64,000 nucleotides of DNA from Stylophora pistillata (lineage: Eukaryota). This document shows positions 40,201-52,200 of this stretch, one piece after another. The notes under the pieces are model-generated. The model was not told the origin of the DNA. It saw only the letters and a program-made list of their open reading frames with translations, and made no database searches. The stretch lies in contig NW_019217945.1 of assembly GCF_002571385.2 (NCBI RefSeq), forward strand, positions 227,412-291,411, written 5' to 3'. The position numbers and the translations under genes were made by a program. Position 1 is the first letter of the stretch. Every line of letters starts with the position of its first letter.

Positions 40201-43200
40201 NNNNNNNNNNNNNNNNNNNNNNNNNNNNNNNNNNNNNNNNNNNNNNNNNNNNNNNNNNNNNNNNNNNNNNNNNNNNNNNNNNNNNNNNNTAGACGAGTAC
40301 AAATACCGCGTGATATTTGTACTCGTCTATGGCGTTATTTCTACTCATCTAGGTGTAGTTGGATAATAATCACCAATATTCACTTTGCCTTCGGCGAATA
40401 ATTATTAAATATTCTGATTGGCTACAGTTCTTGTTATGGGTATCTTGATGTAAGCCTTGTTCTTTAAAATCCTCCTGTGTTACAGCTGTCATGTGATACA
40501 AATTCATGGGACAGTTATCACACCATAACCCTTGTTTACCTGTTGACATTAATTTCTTCACCCATATTTTCTGTCTAAGAGAAGCAGAGCCATTGGGTGA
40601 AAGCTAGTCCAAGAGTTTTACTTTTTCATCTTTATTATTTTTCATTTTTGTGGAGTCCAGTGGTAGTTACATGAAAAAGCTGATCTCAAATGCTGCACCA
40701 GAAAGTATTTAAAAGTTAACAAGAGTTGCTTTCAACCTTGGATACAAAGATTAATAAGAGGGTTTTTTAAATAGATAAACCCCCTTCTGGCCTGATTTTA
40801 TGTAGCTGATAATGTCTTCAGATGAGACATTGTCCTCAAAATTTTGCATTTGCCCATGAAGCTTTGCTTCTCAGTGAAATGTTCATTTTTCAGACAATAA
40901 TTATCTCGGGTGCACGCATTATGAGCTGAGGTACTTAAGGAAGTTATTTACTAAATAATTTCATTCCTGTAGGAAGCCAGTTTTAGTTGCTCAAATGCTG
41001 TTTTTGGAGGCTGTTGGCTCACATGAACTGGTGTCTCTATAATCAGTTATTCCAAATTTACTTGAATAAGTACAGTGGTGCTTATTTAATTTTTTAGGCT
41101 TCAAATGTAGTGGTTATTCAAGGGTTATATTATCATCCAACTTGCTCAAATGACTGGGTGGACTTGGTTGTGACATATAAAATGATTATGGCCACTGGTT
41201 TACAAGTGGCAACAGAAATGAGTGATTGATATATTCTATCTTTTTTTTTTCAGGTTCCAGAACAGCTCATGAAACTTGATGAACAAGGGGTGAGATTTAT
41301 GTTGTAAGAAATTTAATCACCTACTGTTTGTATTTTAAGGAGTGGCTTTATTCAGCAATTGTCTGACTTAATTGCATAATATTTTGTATGTTTGTTTGTT
41401 TTTTTCAGATGACCAATCAGTTTAAAGTTGGTGTGTTATATGCAAAAGATGGCCAGAGTACAGAAGAGGAGATGTATAATAACCGTGAGTTATACTGTAA
41501 ATTAAGAGAAATTCTGTGAAATTTTATTTGTGGAAAACACAAGGCTGGCTATTGTGTTTGAAGAAAGGGGGGTGAGTTTCTAAAGAGAGTATGGTGAGGT
41601 AACTTTTGTTTTTATTAACAAGCCATTTTCAATAAATTAAGATTCTAACATGGCTCTGAGGCAAGGAGGAATAAAACAAAAGAAATTTATTATTCATCTC
41701 TCAACCTTGATGTGATTTCTTTTGTTTTATTCCCCCAAGCCTTGGAGCCAAGTTTGAATTGTAGTAAATTGAAAGTGGCCTACTGAGTTGATAAAGAAAA
41801 GCTGCATGGCCACCGTAAAAAGTTTCAAAGCTCTTGTTTGAGCCTAAGCCCTTTTGCACTGATGAAGGGCTAACACTCAAAATGTCTGGCTTTGAAACCT
41901 CGTAAATTGGTGTTTGAAAGTTTGTGAAACATCCTATTGATCCTCAAAAAGCTAAGGGAAAAGAGGCAAGTTTATGTAAAGAGAAAGTAATGTGGTGTTA
42001 ATGATATTTTATAGGAAGATGATAATAATAATAATGTTTATTTTAACTCAAGCTTATAATGAATGCCAAATGAAGGCTAATGGAATTCATGACTTAATAG
42101 TGTAACTCCAAAGGTACAGAAGATGTAGATGCAGAAATTGTTGTTCTTCTCTCCATGGCAACCTGAATGATCACAGTGCGCAGCACAGCAGGTGTCAATT
42201 ATTATTTTATATCTTATTGGTTTATCACATTTTGGTTGTCTTCATTCCATAGAAACATCAGGTCCAGCTTTTGAAGAATTTCTTGACTTGATTGGGGAAA
42301 GGATTGCTTTAAAAGGATTTGAAGGTTATAGAGCCCAGTTGGATAACAGAAGTAAGTCTTACAATGAGTGAAGTTGTCCTTTTTTTTTTAGAACCCCTTG
42401 ACCCTTAAGAGTGATAAGGATCTAAATTCTTCTTACAATATCACCCCTAAATCACACATTAAGGTCAAAAGAATAAAGGAAATGATCACCAACTAGATGA
42501 GCTCTTGATTGTTAAATAAATTCTCTTTGTCAGCACCTTACGAAATAATATAGAAATCAGTATAGAGAATAGGCATACTGATCTTAGGGTCTACAGAGTT
42601 GGTAGCTAACTGTTCATTTTTGCCTGGCAGATGACTCCACTGGGGAATCTTCAGTGTACACACAGTTCCAAGGACGCGAAATTATGTTTCATGTATCAAC
42701 CCTTTTGCCTTGGACTCCAAACAACAGACAGCAGGTAATGCAGGCACATGTATTTAACAATAAGACTCCATTTTGCTGTGCATCTTTTTGGTAGTGGATC
42801 ACAAGTGACATCAAAAGGTCGAAAGAACAAATAAAGTGGCACACAAGGCACAAGCGTGTCACTGACACAAAGGTCGAAAGAACAAAGAAAGTGGCACAGA
42901 AGGCACAAGTGTGTCACTGACACTCTTACCACATTTTGACTCATTCTGTGATTTATTACTGAATACACCGAATGCAAATATGGCGACCAATTTGAGTTGT
43001 CATTGTTCTGGACTCACTAGCCTCTCACACATGTAATAATCCTTTCATGAAGACAAGGCTATTGAGTCCAGAACAATGGCAATTCAAATTGGACACCATA
43101 TTTGCATTCGGTGTATAGACCCATGGCAACATCGATTTGATTTGTTTGATATGATAATTATAAAAGTAAAATGTTGTTAATGGTGATGTTATCTACAGTA

Positions 43201-46200
43201 CTTGTCTGTCCTTTACTAGGTTAAGTTTGCTTATGTTTTGTGTTAACACAACCAATATTCATGATCAACCAAACATTTTAGATTTATGTCAACCTTGGTG
43301 ACATTGGACAACAATTTTTATATAATTATGATGTCTTAAATCTTTGTCTTCTTGTTTTGCAGCTTCTGAGGAAGAGACATATTGGAAACGACATTGTGAC
43401 CATTGTGTTCCAAGAACCTGGTGCTCTTCCATTTACCCCAAAGAACATCAGATCTCATTTCCAACATGTTTTTATTGTGGTCAGAGTTTTCAATCCTTGC
43501 TCAGACAACACATACTACAGGTATTTTTGTTGATATTTTTCTAATTATAGGAAACCAAAGAACACAATCGATATATGGTTTGTAACTACATATGCATTCC
43601 TTTCTGTACCAAGGGTTGCTGTTAGCCGTTCAAAGGATGTTCCTCCATTTGGGCCTAATATTCCTGCTGGAGCAAAGTTTGGAAAGACAAAGGCCTTTGC
43701 AGACTTCCTTTTGACAAAAGGTAGGATTATTTTAGTCTGCAGCATCAAAAGTTATGAAATTCTTATGGCAATACCTTAAAAGGAAAAATAAAAGTGGAAA
43801 CTATAATTATAATATTATAGTTTTTATATTCCAAGGATTATTTGAACAATGTTAACTCCTTTACATTCACAGATTTTTAAATAATGAATTGAGATTACAT
43901 ACTGAGATTACACATAGGATAACTTTGTAATTTTCTGTCTCCTCAAAAGTATAAAGAGTTTAATCAATTGTAAAAGCCCACAAGCCCTAAATAGTTGACT
44001 CAAGCATAAGACTGTGGGATGTCTATTGTATTTTGCTCAATTTTAACATGTTCTAAAAAATTGGGCAATGAAAGTATACCTTAATTTTTCTGAAAAAAAA
44101 AATTCAAGTTTTTTTAATGTATAATTTTTGCAATGGCAGTCATAAATGCAGAAAATGCTGCCCACAAGTCTGAGAAGTTCAGTGCTATGGCCAGAAGAAC
44201 AAGACACGAATACCTAAAAGATCTGGCTACAAATTTTGTCACGAATACCACACTAGAAACCGGGGCCAAAGGAAAAGGTATGGTACACTGTACCTCATGT
44301 GAGAAGGAATCAGTCATGACCTATAAAGAGTAGTGGACAACAGTTAAATTTAGGGAAAATTTCCTTGATTAAATAATACTCAAAATTGATGATTGCAAAG
44401 CTGGTGCAGCTGAGGTTTAATTGTTTTAAAATCTTTGATTGATTCTGTGACCAAGGTGCAGAGTTATGAAATAAAATAATGGTGGAATCAACAGTACAAT
44501 GCTTTTGTGAAAGCCCAGAGCTGGAAAGTCAGATTTCTGGGTCAAGGGCCTTCAGAACTAAGTGACTAATCAAAGGGCACAGATTTGACTGATAATTAAA
44601 CTTGTACATTTTACAACTTCTAGGAGTGATTGACATGTAACCTTTCCATATTATATCCAGGGCTCGACACTAATGGTAGCCAACTAGCCGCAGACTAGTA
44701 GAAATTCAGTTTTGGTTAGTGGTTTTTTATTTCCACTAGCCAGTTTGGCTAGTAAACAAACTGAAATTGTTGTAACATCTAAGTTGTCACTAACCACTTG
44801 GCTAGTAGGTTGAAAAGTTAGTGTCGAGCCCAGATATCCATTCATTATCCAGCAAGCATTTTAAAAAATATTTAAACTAATCCAGGGGTTTCATTAAGCG
44901 CTGGGCACCGGCCAAATTGACTGGTTGTAAGGACGGTTTTGCCGACCACGTTTAACAATCTGGAGGAAGGTTTATCTTATAAAGAAGTTTAGTTCAAAAA
45001 GTTTTGCCCGCCTGTGAAAACCAGTTGCCCTCCTGCTGAAAAAATTAATGAAACCCCTGCTAATCAGGTAGACGTTATTTTATCTTGATCTAACACCAAT
45101 TTCTTGCAACTATAAATAAAAAAAAAATGTGCATCAGCTATACTGTAGAAGGGAGAAGTAACAATCTGATCTCAGAATTTAAAGGGTTAACAGAGACTTG
45201 AAACACAGGCATACAAAAAAAGCAAATTAGAACACCACATCTTTTTTTACTTCGGATTTCTATTAACTTTTTGTGAAGTCATCATTTTTTTTTTCATAGG
45301 AATCTTGAGATCAACTAAGAAGAAGGAGAAAGTTCATCCTCCCATTTCTCCTGAAAAAGTCTCCAGAGGAGCATTGGTTTGGAATGTACAGGTAGATGCA
45401 TAAAATATCTTCAGAAAATAATGTTGTGTGTGTATCGACTGTGTACATGTAGCAGTATTTAATGGCGAAAATTATATGAACTCATTTTGGAAGACATGAG
45501 ACGAGCATGGTTGAGTGGTCAGCAGCATGTTTGACTCGCAATGTAGAGGACCTGGGCCCATTTTTCTGCCTTGGCCATCACACGTCACCGTCATAAAATA
45601 AAGGGAATGATCATCAACTGAACAAGCACTTGATTGTTAAACACAATTTTCTCATGAGCACTTTAGGAAATGTATTGAAAACAGTATGGGGAATATGGGT
45701 ACCGACTCATGGAGGGTGTAAAGAGTTAAGGATGTGCACATGTGTGTCAATTGCAGGTTGAAGATTACAGGAATGCCTCTATGATTGAGTGTAAGATGGG
45801 AATCTCTGCAGAGACTCTGGTACTCATTCACTCCTCGAGCAAAGTAAGTGATCAAGGAGAACCTTCATGTGGTATAGTTTGATTGTTAAGGAGGCACTGA
45901 CTTGTTGAGAATTTTGGTCAACAAGAGAGATTTACATGTCACACTTCTATCATTTTTCACAAAGAATCACAACCTTGCTCTGCTGTTAATCAGTGCAAAT
46001 GCTTCATTTATCTCATTCATCTCATCCGTTTATTCTTTATTTATTTATTTCCTTTCAGGAAGTGCTATTTAGCATTCCAGCTAAGTCAGTTATAGGGTGG
46101 ACTTCCTTATCACAAAGGTATTCATTTTTGGCAACAAAGCCTCTTGTCTTTCTTTACATGTGAAGTAAATTGAAGTGTCTACATGTAAATGTACAAGTTG

Positions 46201-49200
46201 GAGTCTTTGTTTAAGATGTTATCTTTAATCTCTCAACCCTTAAGGGGGACTGGTATCTAATCTTAATCTCTAAAGGGGGACTGGTATCTAATTTTTCTGT
46301 ACAATATCACTCCTGAATCAAAATTAAGGTCATGAAAGTAAAAGAAAATGGATCTCATGATTGTGAAACAAATTCTTCATGTCAACACCTTAGGAAATGT
46401 ACAGTGTATTTGGGTGTAAAAGGTTGGTACAATCCTTCTACAGGTAGGTTTTTTCACATTTCATTATATTTTCTTCTGTCTTTTTAATATATGTACCTTT
46501 GTTTGACAGCATCAAAGTGTTTTATGGCAGTGGTTATTGCCTGGTGTTGAATATTCCAACCCCTGATTCAGATGATATCCCAGAGATTGTCAGACGACTG
46601 GAAGAGATCTCTATTGGTTGTCAGGTAAAGCAGTATGTTTGTTGCGCTCAAATGTCAGAAATGGGCTGTTAGAGCCTTCCACGATTATTGACAAACTACA
46701 GAAGTTTAAGGGAGTGTCATTTTTTACTAGCTAGGACAATTGTTTTATATGTTATTTCCCTTTGTGTTTGGAGGTGGTTCTACAGGGCAATGGGTTTAAA
46801 ACGAAACCGATTACAGTTGATGGAGAGCAGATACCTTTACATATAAAATTATTTTTCACAAGACAAGTGTTGGTCAAAAAGATGTCAAAGTCATTCATTA
46901 AAATTTTAACTTGAACTTCACTGGATTAACGGTCCAGTTGTTCAACAACAAGCTGCAGAGACCTCAACTGCGTCAGTAAACCTGCCCAGTAACCCAGTAA
47001 CCCAAACCGTATCTCGTTATAAAACAGACCTTTCCTTTTACCAACCCAGCGGGGCAAATTGGAGATAAAAATGCAACCTACGTGTAAGAGTTGATTTTTA
47101 TTACTTTTAGACTCAAACGATGACTTTGCGGCGAAATGGCATGGGTCAGTTAGGATTCCATGTACAGTTTGAAGGCCTCATTGCAGATGTCGAACCTTCT
47201 GGATTTGCCTGGCAGGCCGGGCTAAGACAAGGATGCAGGCTTGTGGAGGTTTGTGGAAGAGGATATACAATGTATTGTACACATAATAATTTTGTGAAAG
47301 AGGTTCGTTAGTATTTTCTTGAAAGGGAGAGCATTTACAATGTGGACTTTCCCACGTTGCGAGAATATGAAATTTATTCTTTGTAATGAATAGTAAATAG
47401 TAATAGTAATCAAAGTTTAATGTCTTTACGTGGGGCATGGTTACCCATATTGCCCGAGCCAGAGGCTCATGTATGAAACGCAAGATAACAACCCCCCTCC
47501 TCCCCATCCCCCCCCAGGGGAGGACATCCATCACACAGTAATCAGTTTATTTCTTGTGCGTGGGAAATTAACGTCTCCTACCCCTAACTCTGCAGGAGAC
47601 GCGACCTCCATTTATTCGTCCCTATCCGTGAAGACTAGAATATCTAAACCATTTCTTGATGTTATAGAAAGGCAGCTTAATCTTCTCAATTATTTTAAGA
47701 CCTTGAGTGTTGGTCCGGCCGGGGCTCTGTACATTGAGCTAACCGGGAGGCGGTTAAGTAAAGAAACGCAAACTTACATATCTGATTGTAAAAGCTTATT
47801 AAAGTAATTTTTATAGGTTAACAAGGTGTTGATTGATGCTTAATTTAATGTACATTTACTCTTACAGCAAGGTCCTTATTTATTATTTTCATACAGTTTT
47901 TGCAATGAACTGCTATATTCTGCGTTTACGTTAGTAATACATTGGTATATTGTTAATTATTATTTATGCAGATCAACGGGATGATAGTAGCTACACTGAG
48001 TCATGATCAGATGATTGACATCTTACGTAAGCCAGGTTCAGTGACGGCTGTGATAGTGCCTCCTTTCCCGAATGGAAACCCAAGAAAGTGCGTATTACTA
48101 GTTGTCTAGGGGGAACATAACAAAACTGAAGTGTTTTGTTATGTTCCCCCTGTTTCCAGCTGTTTACAGGGTTATTTATGACTCAACCCGCGTTGATAGT
48201 AACCCAGGGGTATCTAGTGACTCCCGTCGTGTTGTTATTACCCCAGGGGTCAACCACATGTGGGTATGCAGAGACACATGAACACCCTATCTATTTCTTA
48301 CCCCAGAGCTGTGTAGTGACCTACCACATGTTGTTTTAATACCGTGCGGTTTTCTTACACCAGGGGTACATTGTGACTCACCTTAGATTCATGTTACCAT
48401 AGGCAAGCATAGCAGCTCGCCATCTTTCTTTTCTTAACCTAGGGGTATGTGTGACTCAATATATATATATTTTTTTACCCCAGGGGTATCCAGCCGAACA
48501 CTGGTTCTTACTGGAGCTCTTCCAGTCGTACCTCGGTCACGACCATGTCGTCATTCGGTAGTGCGTCTTCAGTAGCGGAGGAAGGTGAATCACGTGATCA
48601 CTCGGCAGCCTCTTCTTCATCCATATCAGCCCCTGACACTGGCAGAAAGCAGCCGTCAAAAGGTTCGGCCTCCAAGCACGATGTGAAAGGGAAGGAGAGT
48701 CCATGGATCATGCGCTCGAATAATGCGACCTCTATGGATGGCGGGTAAGATTGAAATAGTCACGCTGTTATGATGTGTTTTGAGGTTTAATTGTCTTGGA
48801 AAATGTTTCATCATACAACCTACAATGTTACTGTGTAACTCATTGGATGGCCGACGCATTATAGGTGTCAACCGACTGGTTCTTACTTTTATCGTACACA
48901 GTCTTTCTTGCTCTACTTTCCTTTCCTTGTATCACATCTAATTGCTGTAGAGAAAGTGCTTCTTTAAATCGTGAACTGGTAAGTATCCTGAATTTCAGAG
49001 ATACCACTTTCAGTTCACGGTCAAGTGTGGAGGAGGGAAAGCAAACTTTGCATGTTGCTCGGTGGTCGTCGCTCGCTTTGAATACGTCCATGATAATATC
49101 TTTTAAATCGTATTGTTTCCATGGTTCAAGGCGTTCTGTTGAAGATGTCCTCACTCAAACTTATTTTTTCCTCTCTCAGAGCTACATACTCAGGCTTCCG

Positions 49201-52200
49201 TCCTCTCGACCCACCGTTGTCGCCTGGTGCGAGCTCAGCCTCGTCTGTCAGCGGCAGCACGTCAACGCTTCACGAAACATCACGACAACAAGGTGCTTCA
49301 TACGGGGCTTCATACACTGTGACAAGTATTACCCCTAGAGACACTAGACACCAGGCTACTTCTGAAGCACACCTTGCACCAAAATGGAGCGGGCATTTAG
49401 CACAAGATTCAGATCCACGGCCAGCCAAGCCCGTTGGTGTGACATTAAAGGCCCATACTGCTTCAGGCACATTATATGCCATCGCCAGCGGACCCTCATC
49501 TCCGCCAGCGTCTCCGCGCACTCCAGAGACCCCCATATTTGGAAGTACTTCACAGAGACATCGCAGAGTGGTCCTGAACGGTCAAGGGGATAGCAACACG
49601 CCTATTAGGTTAGAGGGAAGTGCACAAGATGCGAGACTGCCAGCGGACAGTTATGGTACTGTTCGTGTGAACATTGAATCATCAGCATCAACGCCAAATA
49701 ACAAAGCGCGTGAACTAGATGTCTCCAATGGTGAGGTGATGCAAGCTGCTGCTTTGCCTTTTAAAGAAACAAGTCTTGGAGCTGTGATTACCACTGTCAA
49801 TACTTACAAACAAAAACAAAGCTACGAAGACTTAAGCGAAGCCTCCATGTCTGACACCGTCGATCAGATTGAACGCGCGTTTGGTTTCAAAACACCTGAC
49901 ATGATCGCGAACGGAACTGGAAGCCTGGAGCGGAACAACAGCATGCGAGGGAAACACGGAGACCGGAGTCCTTCCAGTTCCATGCAGGACATTCACCTGA
50001 CTCGTCGTGTACAGTCGGGGGATTCACTGAATCGATACAGGAGCAGTGATGATGAAGAATCTCCTGGAAATATTCTGAAACGACTGTCAAAAGAAGCCAG
50101 CAGGGAGCAAGACAGAATGAACCAGAGAAAGAGCGAAGGAGATCTACCTCATAATGTGATTAAAAGCAGGACAACCACTGTAGTCGAAGCGTCACCGACA
50201 TCGGTTGAAGTCAAGAAAGAAGCCGCAAAGAAATCTGAATACGAAGCGCGAATAGCCGCTAGGAACCTGCTTATAGAACGCTTGGAAAATCACAGGCAAT
50301 CACTCGAAAGCCACAACGTAGAGGGGATCAAAGTTTACCATGCTAAGAGCAGAAGTACGCCGGCTGATGGGGCGAGAAGGTTAAATGGCGAAAAATTACC
50401 CAAAGCGCGGCAGACCTCGCAGGATGATAGTGCGAAGAACTCTCTAGAGAGGGAAGGTGTGGATGGAGTGGGAAAAGGTGATCATTATTTGAGGCGGAAG
50501 AAATCTGCTCCTGAATCGCCAAATATCAAAATAATTCGTACTCCAGATAGTTACCGAGCAACCAAACCGGTGGTACGCTCTGAACGAAAAATCCGCCTGA
50601 CAAGTTCTACGAGTTCGAGTGGTCAGACGCCGGAAAAAAGTCAAACAGTACCCCGTCAGAGATCTAGTCGGCGACAGAGGCATGCTTCCAAACAGATGGC
50701 TGCTGCTAATGGTGGAAACTCAGATTCATCAGATGAAGGACGTAATAATCGATTTTCACGAAGTGGAGATGCCATCGATGCCAGTCCATCCGTAGTTGAA
50801 AAGCTTCTCTTCACACCCGATAACAACAAAAAGTCGAAGAGCCTCCCGCGCGAGTTGGAGACAGGAGCAAATGACTCGCGCGCTATGCGGAGCCATCGCT
50901 CGCATTCCCACTCGCACTCATCGCATCTCAAAGGAGCACGCATTACCAAGATTAAAATGAGCGCAAGCGAGGAACCCAATGATTCTATCGTGGATCAGAC
51001 CTCGCGGCTGTTGCATGCGGCTAAAGCCGTCAAATACGACAAAGGATCGTCCCTTGTCATAGCTGAAGATGTGTTGCACTCACTGACGCGCGCTTCTGAT
51101 TTGCTCCATCATCAGTCGTCGGTTGCCAGGGAGGAGAAGGAACGAGACAGGAAGGATAAGGAGAAGTCGCTTAGCAGAATAAAGGCACCTGGTAAGTGTC
51201 AGGTCGTGGGGGAGGGGACGCAGGAACTGTTGGGGTTGGAGGTGGTGGAGGGGGTGGAAAAATAGGGAAAGGTGTGGAAAGGGGGGATAATCAGGAATAA
51301 GAGGGGATAATGTACGGTATAGTTCGAATTTCATTAATTTTTTTTCCTTCTTTTTTAGTGATGTGCTTCTATAGTGAATTTCAGCTTGAATTTTTTTGCG
51401 TGCTTTTGGTGCGTACTCTTTACATTTGGGTGTTCAAAGCTTGGTAGAAATTACTCTAGAGGATTTGATAAGAGCGAAATATAATTAACTTTTATAATTA
51501 TTATTAAGGCAGCCGCTTTCCTTGTGATACATCTCATGTCATTGTTCCTTTATGTCATGGTCTGAAGACTCTAAGGCGAGTTGTTTGTGTTAAGTAAGCG
51601 CCAAAAATAACCTGTGAATATTAATTTCTGTTGGAGTTGGCGTGACGGCTTAAATGACAAGTCAGATGCCGCGTGAAGCCGCATTCGGTTTCGTTAACTG
51701 TGTCATGAATGCGGGGAAATCAGATCGAACTGCGGGCAAGAGAAAATGGGATTTAAGGACTATTTTTGGAGTTTCAAAATCATGTCAGCAGCTACAATAT
51801 CCAAAAAATTTGGGTAAGGAACCATAGATGTCTATTTTCGATCTCTTTTGGCTAAGTGATGCGAGCTTTAAGCGGGTAAAGTTCACTAGAGCCAGATACA
51901 GTCGCGTGAAGTAATCACAGCTCCAAGCCTCAGTGAATAGCAATCCACAAACAAAGAATTCAATTCTGTTTCTTCCTAACGTCGACAGATTGTTGAGAAA
52001 AAATGAATTGCTTTTGTTTTTCGGTAGAGACCTTTTAGTTGGCCTGTGTTTTGTCGTATTTGATTAATTAAACTAGGAACAAAGAAGCCAGCGAAATTGT
52101 TTACATGACATTTTGACTCGAATTTGTGCTGAATTTACAAGCTTTGTGCATCGTTAATTGCATTTTTTGTTGAAAGAAACTAATCTTGTCGTGGAATTTC

